DNA of 59,056 nt, filler included, from Sphacelaria rigidula (taxonomy: Eukaryota): assembly GCA_964200075.2 (NCBI GenBank). It is 8 parts of 8 records of this genome, joined end to end, with 100 filler letters (N's around TTAATTAATTAA, not from the genome) between each part and the next. Parts side by side here need not be neighbours in the genome. Positions count along the whole stretch, not along the records: positions 7,397 to 14,691 come from CAXNAA020015576.1; positions 14,792 to 22,086 come from CAXNAA020015577.1; positions 22,187 to 29,480 come from CAXNAA020015578.1; 5 more parts are not named here. One strand, written 5' to 3'. This document shows positions 13,404 to 26,490 of the stretch, one piece after another; within the stretch, counting starts at the first letter, position 1, and every line of letters starts with the position of its first letter. A model generated the notes under the pieces. The model made no database searches. It saw nothing but the letters and a program-made list of their open reading frames with translations, and was not told the DNA's origin. The position numbers and the translations under genes are program-made.

Positions 13404-15065
13404 ATTGATTGACTCCAGCTGTGGTCATAAAGAAGATAAGACGTGCCCACGGTGAACAGGGCGGAAGCACTCGTCACAGAATACACCATAAAGGAGAAAA
13501 ATGAACAAGGGGGGGGGGACGGAATAGCTTGGAAAACGACAAACAGGATAGAACAAAGAAAGGCGGGACAAAATAGAGGAAGGAAAAAAACTGACGCAAT
13601 GAAAGCAGATGAAAATAGTGGAAGAATAGATGACAGGACTACGTGTCGGACAGATCATTGCTCGTTCGAATGACCAAGTCTACGATTTGTGCGGCCTGAT
13701 TGCTCGTGAGAGAAAAAATGACCTAGGGCCAAAAAGGCTTTGAAGCGAATTTTTTGCGTCTTTCCGCGTTCCTGCAATGCGCGTACCTGGAGTGCAACGC
13801 TGAAAACAAGGTCAACCGAAGTATTGGTTCGTACGGTACGAATCAGTTACACTAACAGCAAGTGATTTTCAGACGAATCATTATAAATATGACCCTTGAA
13901 AAAGACGATAGATCTGCTACCAACCCCAATGAAAAATACAAGAATAAGAAATGGCCGGCCGCTGCTGCATGGCTTCACGTGAGGAGGCCGTACCAAATAA
14001 CAGGCTAAAAAGAGACAAGCAAGTAAACCAAAACGTAATGAAACGGGAAAGGCTCTGGAAGTAGGGTGTGGTATAGCTATGTGGAACCCACACTACTCGG
14101 GTATCAGCGCTCACCCATTGCTGGGTTTTTTTCATCTTTTTTCGGTATGACGGATGGTATCCAAACGACGCGTTGCACTGGGTTAAACATGGACAGTGGT
14201 CAGACCGCCAATGATAACCTGAAATCTTCGAAACTATTTAGGCCGGAGAGTCCGTGCATTGATCGCCGACCATTCCGCGACGGTTCGTAAGATGGTTTTG
14301 TAGACGTGGGTAGATGCTGAGTAGGCATGAGGGTTTAGCCAGAGTGCTGCAAAGGAACTTTCAACCAACAGCATCATGCAACGGTTGAGCGACGGAGATA
14401 AACTCTTTCTCGTGTTCCCAAGTTTATTGACTCATGTACTGCTACAAAAGTGCGATTATCTGTGCTGCTTTGCTTTTCTGAGACAGCGATATGCTCCTAC
14501 TCGCCGAGGTCTACTTACAATTGGCTGTGGTGCATGGTATGTACCTGGAGGCGCTTCCTGTATCCAGGCGTTGTCTCTCGATCGAGAACAACTGTTCCGA
14601 ACCTACCCCCCCCCCCCTCCCCAGCAGCGGGGCAAGAAGATGGAAGATACGATCGTGGGACGCCTGGATGGTTTACCATGAAGATCGCCTGNNNNNNNNN
14701 NNNNNNNNNNNNNNNNNNNNNNNNNNNNNNNNNNNTTAATTAATTAANNNNNNNNNNNNNNNNNNNNNNNNNNNNNNNNNNNNNNNNNNNNCTTTCGGGC
14801 GATCAGGCAGAAGAAATCGTGAATTTGGTGATTTTGAGTCGTGATGATCTGTCTTAACCGTGGATGGATGAAAGAGTACTCCGTTTTTTACTCTCGTCAG
14901 ACGCTGACCGTTTCGTGGCGAAGCATTCCATTCGCTCCCTGGCCGCTCAATAAGCGTCTTCATCTTTTGCGAGAAAAAGCAGTGACGGGTGCTGGAAAGG
15001 TGAGCCTACGTCTGTGACCACGGATCCGAGAGAAATAATAGTGATACTTGGATCGTTCTTGGGGG

Positions 15066-15236
15066 TCACAGGGAAAGCACTCGATTTTAGTGTGATCTAT
15101 CACATTAGAATCTTGCCATAGCTCACATGAAAATCACTTGGTTTTAGTGTTAACCATCATATCAGGGTCTTTCCAAGAATCACATGAAATATACTTCGTT
15201 TTAATGTGACCCATTGCATTGGTATCTTTACAGGGC
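15066..15236. repeat. 57-bp diverged minisatellite x3
   Basis: Units starting tcaca(t/g)g...tttta(g/a)tgt...tctt at 15066, 15123 and 15180. Confidence 0.75.
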
Positions 15237-15432
15237 TCAGGGCTCACAGTCCCGAGGGCACACCAAGCGTGCTCAGCACGCCTTCAGTGGCCTGAATTGG
15301 CGACGCCTGCGCCGGCGATTCGACTGATAACAAAGGGCGCTCTGCCTGGGGCACTCTGTACATCCACCTTGCCCGAGGGTTCGTCTAACCTGGCTGCTTC
15401 GGCTGGACTGTCGGCTAGGGATAGCACTACTG

Positions 15433-15745
15433 GTCGATGTATGGGGGCGTACCAGCCGGGGTCACCTATTGGAGGAAGGCCAACACAGGAGTTTTTCTTT
15501 TTCGTATGCTTTTAGTATCCCCCCTTCCGTTTGCGGTGCTTTTCTTTATTCTTCATCGTGAGAGGGATTCAGGAGTCCTTTTCCCTCGTCGACCATCAAG
15601 TCGACTTTTGTGTATCCACGACATGGTCGCTCTCCACTGTTGGGCATGGTGTGAGAAAAAATCCCAGATCGCTCCGGGATTCGAACCCAGGACCCAAACC
15701 GTCAGCGGGTTTCGAGGTCACCAACTGAGCCACCGGGGCGACCGG
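15433..15745 (-). mobile_element. tRNA-derived SINE, copy 1 (3' truncated)
   Basis: The minus-strand head has a Pol III A box (tggctcagttgg) and B box (ggttcgaatcc). The body is homologous to 23050-23411. Confidence 0.85.
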
Positions 15746-16236
15746 CCGTTATTGTTCGACAAAAATAGCGTATTGCCGGCCACGGATTTGGGGGAGCAGG
15801 ACGGGAAGCTGACTCGCACTATTTCACACAATGGACAATATATTGACAGTAGTTACAATAGACAAGAAAGCCCCGAAAATAATCGCAATAGGGCTATACT
15901 TTACGCAGTACACTTATTGTCTGTTGCAACTGTTGACCATACATTGTCCAGCGTGCCAGATAGTTGCAATAGGCCTACACTTCATCCAGTACAGTTTCCG
16001 TCTATTGCATCTATTTGCATCCGGTGTCCAGGGTGCGCACTATTTCCTATCGGTGATGAAGAAAATGATCTGACTATAATACGAACTTATTGCGGGTTTG
16101 ATTGTTGCTGATTGGCTAGTGTACTCATGTTTGTTCGCTTTTACTTTCAAACCTGTCCTTCGTTTGCGCTTTTAGAAAATTACCATAGTAGGCGGTCCGA
16201 ATTTAGAGATCGGGCCAGTGTGCACAAATAATAATG

Positions 16237-16274
16237 ACAACAACAACAACAACAACAACAACAATAATAATAAC
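16237..16274. repeat. (CAA)n(TAA)n microsatellite
   Basis: Seen directly. Confidence 0.9.
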
Positions 16275-16377
16275 GTGTTCGCTGCTGCTGCTGTCATCTT
16301 CTCCCAGTAATGTACTGCACATATTTCATTTTTGCTCTTTCCCACCGTTACGGGTGGGAATGGAGGGCCCAACTACC

Positions 16378-16750
16378 AAAAATCAGCAGCAAACTAAAAA
16401 AGACAGAAGTGCGGATGAGTAATGAACACGTCAGTAGGTGGTCGCACCTGTGTCGAGGCCCTCTCGAGCAGAACGCACGCTTCATCACTCATAAACTTGG
16501 TTTACTATGGGACAGCTCTAGCACGGGAGATCGCGCGGTTCTCGACAGAGGAAGCAAGCCAGCCCACGGCACTTCACCCCCCCCCGCATACACACAAGAT
16601 CGAGGAGATTCTATTACACATTTTCCTGGCGTCGCGCCAGCAGCGAGAAATCCCACTCCTAGAGCGCAGAACACTTCATTGTTGTACGTTTGGGTTGTTG
16701 CGGCTCAGTATCACGCTCAAACGGAAAAGTGAAATAGGTTGACCTAGCTT
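16378..16750 (+). repeat. Dispersed non-coding repeat family, second copy at about 58258-58725
   Basis: Collinear blocks atgaacacgtcagtaggtg, cgcacctgtg, taaacttggttta, agccagcccacggcac, tacacacaagatc and aaaagtgaaa occur in both contigs. Confidence 0.85.
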
Positions 16751-16974
16751 GGGTGTGTGGAAAGCGCACGCAAAAAACTGCAGTCCAATCCTCGGCTTCG
16801 TCGCCGAGTTCAACGCGTTGCGCTATCGGCATTTTTGGGTTGAGGATTAGTATCTAGCGCTATGAAAGGTCCAACATCGCAAATTCAAAAAAATCGGTGC
16901 GCATGTTGTTTTTACTCGCCGCAAGTTATCACGACATGCAGTTTGGGTGCGTGTCGGCAGGCATCGCTGCATCG

Positions 16975-17474
16975 CTCTGTGCGGCTGTGCACAAAAGGCA
17001 ATTTCGCCTTTCAACAGCGACTATCCCTTCAAGTGTCGAATTTCAGAGGGGGGATTCGCAGAAGAACGACGAAGCTAGCGGCTGCTTCGTGTCAGAGCTC
17101 CAGTGCAGAAGCCGAGGCGTCCAGAGCGATTGTAGTACTTGCACTGCCTTACATCTGCTGGTGACTGTTGTGATCATGTACTTAGTAATTGTTTATATAC
17201 ACTAATATAAGAGTGAGATGCAAACTATGCGACGGTTGAAAAGATTCGTCTTGGACTGCAGATTTTTTTCTTAGCGAGCAGTGTGTCACGGTGTTTCACT
17301 TTGTGGCGTGCCACCAGGTGTTGCTTCGTTCTATACGGCTGTGCGCAATGGGCAAATTAGCCTTTCAACAGCGAGTACCCTTCATGTATTGAGTTGCAGG
17401 GGGCAACGTAACACATGAGCTTCGGCTGTTGGATCTGAGGGTTCCAGCGGAGAAACCAGGGCGCCAAGGGCGAT
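16975..17474 (+). repeat. Diverged local direct duplication (about 16975-17131 and 17331-17474)
   Basis: Shared cggctgtgc...ggcaa(t/a)tt(c/a)gcctttcaacagcga...cccttca. Confidence 0.65.
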
Positions 17475-18303
17475 TTTTATTTTAGACTACACACTGACTA
17501 TGTACGAACAGGTCAGCAGAGCCACGATGTTTCAACTGACTGTCTGTACATACTGAAAATAATAGGTAAACCATGCGATTTACACCAACTTGCATCTTGG
17601 CATCAATGTCACGACATTTGCTTTGGAGGCGGTCCGCCACGTGCTGCTCTGTTCTGTGGGGATGTGCACAAAGGACAACCTCATGTATCATGAGCGGGTG
17701 CCCTTTCACCCCTTGGCTTGTAGAGGACGAGTTCATCGATGAAACACGGCCGTCTTGTGAGAAACGTTTTCGAGACAGAACCTAAGGGATGCGCGACGCT
17801 GCTGATCATGGTATCCAAATTTCCGTACTTTCTCGTTCTAGCACAATGTCAGGCACGCCCTTTACTGCAGATGCGTGTGTGTGTGGCGGCCACAACTGCT
17901 GTTGTTCGTGTTCTTGTCTTGTTATATTCGCAATGGTGGTAAACGTGGGGTGGCAGCTCGGGGGCGTGCGCTCCCCGAGTAGTACAGCAGCTGAACACTA
18001 GTGCACCAAGAGTTTCCACCCACTGATCTGGAGCGAGTTATCCGGAGGAACAATATAATCTCAACACCGAGCACTCACACGCTTGAAGATATGTACCATG
18101 CTTATAGTACATTTCATATGAGCCAGGTCGTTGTTTCTAGGTGACGCATGTATTTTTGATTGATATGATTCGCCTGACTACGGTCCAGTTCTTACGCATT
18201 TAGCCTTCGTGATCCATTTTCCCGAAATATAGTACCCAAAATCGGGCCCCATTCCCACCCATAACCGTACCCATGTGATATTGGACGACCATTTCTACAT
18301 ATA

Positions 18304-21023
18304 TGTGGAAGATACCTCTTTGCAGTGACATATCAGAGACTGATGCCACACATGTACGAAGAACCAGCGCAAGCAGGGACAAGGTAGGAACGGTCCGGAA
18401 GTACCAGATTACCGAGGACCCTGTAATGCCGACATAACTAGACAACTTGGGGTGATGCCAGGAAGAGCCTAATATTAGGCCGGTCCAACATCCCCCGAGG
18501 TACCGGTCGCCCCTGGCGACCACTTCTAATCTGACCCAACTCCTTGCCTACATATACATGAGGAAATAATCGCCAGCCTCGGAGTTCCTTCGGCATCAGG
18601 ACGGCAGTCTCTCTCCCCCGTAGGTCTTTGACTACTCTAGCGATACGCCTTCCTCACATTGGCGACACCAGAACAGAACTCAGGCAAGACAGGCCGTAGA
18701 AGTGAAAAACTAGAACGAGAACCGACTGCTCCCCGACACCGGGAACACTAGGGTCCTCCAAGGAACGTTACTCCAGGTGAAACGTATGGGTCATGTGGAT
18801 AATTATTTGAGTAGAGAGGCTTTTGAAGACATGTGTTTGGGTCAACGCGGAATCAGCACCTTCAGTGTGCATTTATATGTCATCCACATGACCAATTAAA
18901 CAGCGAAACGCGAAGTTAGACTCCTCAGGGTGCAGTATATGTCACCTGTATGGCTAGTCAAACAGCGAATCCACACTTATCAACCAACCTTTCACCACCA
19001 TAGTGCGAAGGGCACGGCAATTAATCAAGCAGGCCGACCTCTGCAGACGCGGCGACTCGAAATAGCTCTAACAAATAAATTTACCCAACCTGAGAATGCA
19101 CGACCTTGTCATTCTCTACCATTTAGCAAACGAAAGGAAGGAAGGTGTGTTGGATGGTCTGACCGCATCCCGGCCCACAAGCTGAGAGGAGTTGAAAACT
19201 ACAGACAGTTCAAGATTCCACACCTCATCACGCATGAAATGGAGAAAAGTGTCAACCGTCTGGAAAAAAAAAAAAACATATCGGAGAGATGCGGGTTTCT
19301 TGGTCAGTACAGTAAGTCATTCCTGCAGCGGGGCACCAAAACAGCCCTCAGTCGTGATGTGAAAGTACATACCAGGACCAGAAGCTGGGAAGAGCACGGT
19401 GAGAGTTGGTTCCTGAGCAAGCAGCCTTCAGAGCAGCTGTGGAAAAAACAATACACCACACGGAGGGCTATCATCGTCGAACATGTAGCTCAACTTGTTG
19501 GGGCTCTCAATCATGCTACATTCTGCGCCGTACCCCAATGAATCGGTAACGTTACATCCCGCGCTGACAAAAGTTCCAACGGCAGCCAGGAAAAAACGAC
19601 AATACTGTAAGCAGGGAATGCTGATTTCAAATCGAAACACCGGTCTTCCTTTTTTCAACCCGATCTTGAACGATCTCTGGTTTGGCTCATATAACGCATC
19701 ATCGCTCGCCAGGTATACAGATGCGCCCCTAGCGCTAACCTGTACAACGGTTGGCGACACCAAAAAATCAAAACTCAAGCAAGACACTCAGTAGAAGGGC
19801 ATACGACTTTCAACATACCAAGAACAAAGCCATCCCACAGGAAATCCACCAAGATGACCACTCGAGGAAAGGACACCGCAAGGACCATCGAACATCCCTC
19901 CACGGCTGTCACACCATCAACTTCCACCTCGGCGGCGAAGGCGGTAGAGTCAAGAGGCGCAGCCCAACCAGCAGTACCTGCGCCGGCTGACACGACTCTG
20001 CCAGCCCAACCACCATACAGCCGCGAGGAGGAAAATGACAGCGACGACTCCGACGACTCCGAACAGAGTACGGATATCCGTCAAGTGTCCACCGGAAGGT
20101 GCGATGTGTTACGCGATTCCACCACACCATCCTCATCTTTTATGCCAACCCCTACACCACAGTCCACCATGTAGGAAAGGGCAGCGGGACTCGCATACAG
20201 GGCGCTGGAAAGGAGCGATGAGGAGGGAACGGAGCCAGCTCCGTGGGTAATGCAGGCATTGGGGTTTACGGTACCGCAGGACTGCGTAATCTCACAAGTC
20301 CAGCAACCCAGTGGCATCCGAAATGGAACACCCAAGTAACAGTACGATGCTACAGAACAATACGAATAACCCCCAGGATAGTGTCAATGATCCAGTCGAT
20401 AATTTCAAGGTCGAACTGCCTAACACTACGCCGATCCAATTCACAGGGAGCTCTGGGACTCTAACGTACAAGATAATAGCCACAACGTGAAGACTCTGTC
20501 TGGTTCAGTGCTGACTCCGCCACTCATGAGCCATAGCGGTTAGTGGTGGCGTGACTCAATCAATGATTGTCACTCAAATACACTCCCACGGTTATATCAT
20601 CAGCGAAGCTTTCGCTTCGTCCCACCAGCTTTAGTCCCGATGGGCTTGAGGCACATGAAGGTGGGGGGGAAATGTGGAAGATACCTCTTTGCAGTGACAT
20701 ATCAGAGACTGATGCCACACATGTACGAAGAACCAGCGCAAGCAGGGACAAGGTAGGAACGGTCCGGAAGTACCAGATTACCGAGGACCCTGTAATGCCG
20801 ACGTAACTAGACAACTCGGGGTGATGCCAGGAAGAGCCTAATATTAGGACCGTCCAACATCCCCCGAGGTACCGGTCGCCCCTGGCGACCACTTCTAATC
20901 TGACCCAACTCCTTGCCTACATATACAAGAGGAAACAATCGCCAGCCTCGGAGTTCCTTCGGCATCAGGACGGCAGTCTCCCCCGTAGATGTCTGACTAC
21001 TCTAGCGATACGCCTTCCTCACA
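18304..21023 (+). mobile_element. Non-autonomous LTR retroelement, 2720 bp (LTRs 18304-18658 and 20673-21023)
   Basis: Two highly similar 355/351-bp direct repeats, each TG...CA. PBS-like TGGCGACACC at 18660 and polypurine tract GAAGGTGGGGGGGAAA before the 3' LTR. No recognisable gag/pol in the 2-kb interior. No clean TSD. Confidence 0.92.
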
Positions 21024-21035
21024 TTCATAAATACA

Positions 21036-21292
21036 TATTTTGATGTCTTTTGTTTTCCCCATTATCTACTCTGTTGTTCTGTTGTGCCTTCTTCTGTTTC
21101 CCTTCTTCTTCAGCGAGTGTTTCAGCGTTGTTTTGTCACGCTCATGTCTATCACGTGTGCACCCACGGCTGGATCTCTGGGGGGTCAGTTACAGTGCGAC
21201 AATTAATCATTCAATCAATCTCACTTTCAACTCCTCCCCTTCCTCAAGACGGGTCCGTGGTCTCCCTCAGGGAATCTACCTACCTACCTACC
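21036..21292 (+). mobile_element. Two stacked retroposon 3' ends with (AATC)n and (TACC)n tails
   Basis: ccacggctgga...gggggtca(g/c)tta(c/a)agtgcga is shared with the insert at 58397-58476. The following ctccccttcctc...gtccgtggtctc motif recurs at about 5248-5295 and partly at 10225-10257. Confidence 0.55.
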
Positions 21293-21553
21293 TTTCCCCC
21301 GGCACTATACATGCTTTCTATTTTAGTATCATCACGGATTGATTGGATCATGACCAATATTCCCGCATGGCGTGCAATGTCGCTTAACAACCACAGCCAC
21401 ATATAATGTTTTTGCCACTCATGTACGCCCTCACGTTAACAACCAAGGACATCAGATATAGATTGCTCTGCTTCGCATCGCGCCTCCGGTTTTCCTATCC
21501 TTTCTTACATTGGAATGGAATGGAAAAGGGATAGAACAGACAGACGCCCTCAC

Positions 21554-21711
21554 AGTAATGTCCCTTTTCGATAATATGGAAGCTTTAATCACGGTGAGGT
21601 GTACGTTCGACTGGTTGATGTCATGTTCCGCAGTTTCAATCATCTGGAGCTGAGACACGAGGTCATCGCGGGAATAGGGTTGGGCACTGTTAGCTCCAAC
21701 AGCTCGCTTCA
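21554..21711 (-). CDS. Candidate isolated internal exon of an unknown gene
   Basis: cag acceptor, gtgagg donor and an open frame KRAVGANSAQPYSRDDLVSQLQMIETAEHDINQSNVHLTVIKASILSKRDIT. No partner exon was confirmed. Confidence 0.4.
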
Positions 21712-23049
21712 CTGGCGATGCCGCACATGGAAGAAAGCTGCATGACGCATGACATTCGTCACAGCACACGTTACAAGCGTTTTTTGCTGAATAGATTATT
21801 CATGTGTCAACAAGAACAGGGGGAGTTAGTGTAGATTTATCTAGATGATACGGGTCCCACTCTGTCCGCATCGGTCTTGAAATACACATCCTCGTCTGTT
21901 GTACAAGAAATATGCCTTTGTGCAGTTGCTTTCGAATTTTGTCACATTATGCACTCCCGCCCCCAACCCAGCTTGTGGGGGGTGGGTAGGGAAAACCTCA
22001 TGAATCACCCGTTCAAAAACAGTGTGACTCCTCACGTATCCGACCGTTGGCTCCCATCTGGAGATTGCGCTGAGCGCAGTCGCACCNNNNNNNNNNNNNN
22101 NNNNNNNNNNNNNNNNNNNNNNNNNNNNNNTTAATTAATTAANNNNNNNNNNNNNNNNNNNNNNNNNNNNNNNNNNNNNNNNNNNNTTTCTGGATCATGC
22201 ATACTTTTTTTCACTTGAAATTGATGCCGATTCAACAGAGCACGCCCCCCCCCCCCCGCCCCCCCCATCCCTGCAACAGTTCACATGCTCAATGATCGGG
22301 AGGTTGTGCATCATTGGTCGCAGCTGCGAAGTACTACAGCAGAGCACCGAAATGTATTCTGTCTGCCGGAAATCCGCCTGGAATCGACGACTGAGGAGGC
22401 CGCACTTTGTTTTCGGCCAAGCTTGCTTTTTTGCCAGAGACGGCCAAGTCCAGATAAAAATGACAGTTTTTTTCTAGTTTTGACCGTTCTTGACCGTTCT
22501 TGGCTGTTGTTGGACAAAAATACAAGTTTCGCAAACAAAAACTACGACCACCGGAGAACGCCAAGATGTCTTGGAACCATCTCAACGAGTAGAGCAAGTC
22601 ATTCCAAGGTGTCAAACTCCACCTAGCTCCCTTCTAGGGCGTAAAACGACGAAGAAGGACCAAAACAACCTTTTTACAGGATTTTTGTTGTTTGTCTCAA
22701 GGAGCGGCCTCAGGACAATAACCTGTACAAGACGCATGCGAGGAGCGGTTACGTTTGGAACACGTGTACATGTCGTTTGCCGAAAGAGAAGCATGGTATG
22801 GTATTGGATGTATCATTCTAGATAAGACATCAGTGAAATAAAGGGCTCACTTCCTTTCCAGGCACAAGGAGGCCGCGGTTCTCCACGACGCACCTCATGC
22901 ATCGATTTACCTCGTGGGAGTGGCGCAGGCCTGAGCTATCTCTCATACCTCCACGCCGGTACTTAAAATCCCTGTTTCCGCAAGAGTGAGTAATCTGTCG
23001 CAAGATCCTGATGACCCATCCTTTGTGGTGGTCATACGGTACACACGTA

Positions 23050-23415
23050 GTGTGTGTTGTGGGTTGTCATCCGATCTATTCTGGACGCTGGTCTACACCT
23101 TTCGGTATGTGCGGGCGCACCAGCCGGGGTCACGCAGGAGAAAGGCCACCACGGGAGGTTGTTCTTTTTCATTTGTTCTGATCCTCCACCTTCTTTCCGT
23201 GGGGCTTGCCTGTTCTGTTTATATCGCGGGAGGGATTCAGCAGTGTCTTTCCCTCGTCGACCATTAAGTCGAATTTTGTGTACCCACGACATGGTCGCTC
23301 TCCACTGTTGGGCATCGTGTGAGAAAAAATCCCAGACCGCTCCGAGATTTGAACCCACGACCCAACCGTCAGAAGACTTCGAGGTTACCAACTGAGCCAC
23401 CGGGCGACCGGTATC
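23050..23415 (-). mobile_element. tRNA-derived SINE, copy 2 (apparently full length) with candidate TSD
   Basis: A box tggctcagttgg and B box ggttcaaatct. Flanked by an identical 11-mer GTACACACGTA at 23039-23049 and 23416-23426. Confidence 0.85.
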
Positions 23416-25974
23416 GTACACACGTACACACGTGCACACGTAGTACGACATATGATGAATTCGGGTGGACTTCTTATGAATATCGAGTGGGAGTTATGTG
23501 CCAAAGAGTGTTGACGTGCAAATCACAAGTGGAAGGGGGAAAACGTACGATTGAAGTGGTATAGCACGAATGGCGAGCGGGAGTTTGATACGGGTCAAGC
23601 ATCGCCGGGCCAACAGCGACCATGAGGACAAAAATCGTACGTTCAGTTGCGTGCTGCTTGATCGCCGGTGGGAAAAGTATGAGTTTGATTCATCCCGGAC
23701 GGAGCAGGGATGGTGAACATCTGCATTTGACGTTTGATTCATGGCGCATAAATCACGAGACGAAGATGTACGCTTGATCCATGCCGTCTAGATCGCAGGT
23801 AAGGATATTACGATATCAGGGTTTACTTTGCACATGATCCTTATACTGACTTTCTATAACGTACACCTTCAATTAAGTTTCTTAACCCCTTGGCCTGCGA
23901 GGTTCGTCCATCTAGATCATGCATAATTTATCTAAGTGAAATGAAGCCGATTCAACGGATAATCTATGGTCGACGTCAAAAAGTCAACCGTACGATACCG
24001 ACTTTCTTTTCATACGAGCTGGGCCAGCAGTAAATCTCGCATTTGCATGTCACACCATGACTTACCAAGCTTACCAAATCAGCCCGACTTGATTATATCG
24101 GTGTGACCTGCAGACCAACGTGGTAACGCACGGAACCGCCGCTAAATGAAGAAAAAAGAAGAAAAAAACGTACTGCATAATGTATCACCCAACTGACGGG
24201 ACGCAAAAAAAAGGAATCCGTCGGGATTCGAACTCGTTATCTCCATAGCTGGAGTCAACTGTATCACTTGGATTAATGGAGCGTAGCCGTGCCACACGAA
24301 AAGTTGGATGCTGCGCCAACTTTCTGGAATTTTCGGCCGAAATTGCACCAAAATGTCCTCCACACAAGGACGCACAACTACACTAGGGATGTCCCCGTAT
24401 TTCCTTATTTTCACGAAGTTATAGCATTTTTCTAGTTTTTGCAGAAACTTCAAATCGTGCTGACTTTCTGTGTGTTTGTTTTTTCTTGGCATCCCCGGGA
24501 AGGTTGTGTGTAGTGATGCTCAAAATGTTGTGTCAAAATTTCAGCGCCCAACGCTTCGGATTACCCACCGCCCGGCCCGGATACATTGGCAAATCACTGC
24601 CAGCTGGCCCAGCTCATATATTTATTCCTCCAACCCTTTTGGGACCGGACGCCCACAAGCCAGGGGTGAGGCTTCATTGTAATTCGGCACTATACTCACT
24701 CGAAAAACTGCTGAAAATGATGCTGGTTTACAAATGGACCACGGCTCTCAGTCAAACGGTTGCACACCTGGTTAGTGGTGGTCCGGTCCGAGCGGGGTTA
24801 ATCTGCACATGTCGACAGTAATATTTTCCCCCTCAGAAGGGCTAAACCCCTATGGCGTTGGCGTCGGCTGGCAATGACGCTATAAAACACGCCACTCACT
24901 GCGTAAGCTAGGCAACCAGGTTACTGTTTTTTGGCGCGCTTGTGTTTTATTTGCGGTAAGCGTGATGGTGACCGAGCTAGATCATATCGTGCGGGGTGGG
25001 AGAACCTCGATTCCGCGCAACGCGGATGATCATGCCTTGTAGTGTTCAAGTGGTGAGACACTCAAGAGGCAGTATCTGAGGCATGGCTGTATCTGGAAGT
25101 GGCGATACCAGAAAATCAAGCAACTCATTGGAGGCTGCTATCCAAATGCAAGATAACTAGTACGCTTCGGACCAAACAATCTTAGCAGGATGTAGCTCAC
25201 CATTTATGCGACTCGCCGAACACACCATGGCACTTCGCACTTGGCGATTGATTGCGAGCCTGGTCCAGCGAAAATCTGGCGTGCTCCGTCCCGGCTTTGT
25301 AGGGGTGCGAGGCTAATGGTCTTATGACTGCGGCAGGCAAGATCATGAGTACACTCCCCCCTCATGAGGGCTATTTTTCAGCAGCGCACAAAGTGAACAA
25401 ATGTCGACCACGTGGAGATGGAAAACTGACACACCACCCATCCCTGCGAAGTGTGTTTCACTGTATGCACTCGCTGCTTCTGCATCGACACAAGGACAGA
25501 TAACTGTCACTATGCGATGTCCTGCGAGTGAAAACCGACTACGGCCAACAATTGAAGTGTAACTTGTATACCGAGGGCTATGCTGCGGGATAGATCTACA
25601 ATCTTCACTGTTGAAAAGAAGTGAAATATACGATGTTCACCGAACTGCAGTGGTTTTCCATTCATGCAGAAAACTATATTTCTGCCTCCTTGCCCCATCC
25701 CATGGATATGTTTACCACAGAGTGAAGGACTGTCCACCACACTAGCCAGGAGCCATTGCAATGGTTCAAACGTTGACCCACGCCGTCTCACTCCCCCGCC
25801 CCCTCAGCTCGTCAAGACTGACTCTACATGAATCACGGGTAGGGGAAATGGCAGTTTGATTTATTCCGTACGATTCACGGGTGGGAAAAATCCACGTTTG
25901 ATTTGTTCATGCTGTAGAAATCATTGATGGGAGGAGTGTACGCTCAAAACGGTTCAAGTACTTCAGAGGTCATC

Positions 25975-26490
25975 AGTGTAGAGTATGTGCCCTGGGGTAC
26001 CGTGTATTTCGGAGTATTTGGAGTACTCAGTACCCGAAGATGCTTAGACTGCGGCATATCGAAACTACTTGTTTTCCAGGGTGCACTCGGGGGATCGACA
26101 GTCGAAAATAGTAACCGTCAGGAGTACTGAGTACCATGGGGTACCTCGGGTACTCGCTCCTCGAAACACCTGGTGTGTTAGCCGGGGCATTGAGTACAAT
26201 TACTGAGTACTCGTGGTCCTCAGCGTACCAATCGTCGTAGATACTCCGTATTCCAGGGTACCCTGGGTACGAACACACCCGACACGCTCGGTGTTGTACC
26301 TGGAGTATTGAGTACCCATGGCGCAAGAGGGAACGACTGCCCGAAGTATACAGTATTCGAGGGTACGTCAGGTATCAACACCTCCAAAATACTCGGTGCT
26401 GTACCCGGAGAACTGAGTGTATGCACTGAGTATCCCGGGTACCCCGGGGAATCACGGCCCAAAGTGCACAGTATCTTAGAGTATTGAGGA
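25975..26490. repeat. GAGTA(C/T)/GGGTAC-rich repeat array, probably a non-autonomous DNA element
   Basis: Very dense gagtac, gagtat, gggtac and gtaccc motifs over 500 bp with no coding signal. Confidence 0.6.

Noticed and set aside
9816..14536. Candidate plus-strand exons at 9816-9989, about 10646-10749, about 12507-12560 and 14487-14536
   Set aside because: Splice-like sites exist, but frames are ambiguous, I could not build a phase-consistent model, and no motif was recognised. They may still be real.
15660..15745. Possible tRNA gene (A and B boxes); also 23330-23411
   Set aside because: It is attached to a ~250-bp body shared between copies, one of which has a TSD, so it is a SINE head rather than a tRNA.
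19428..19787. Minus-strand ORF with vague RNase H-like words (YLASDD, LKKGRP)
   Set aside because: The motifs are in the wrong order and antisense to the LTR element; probably coincidental.
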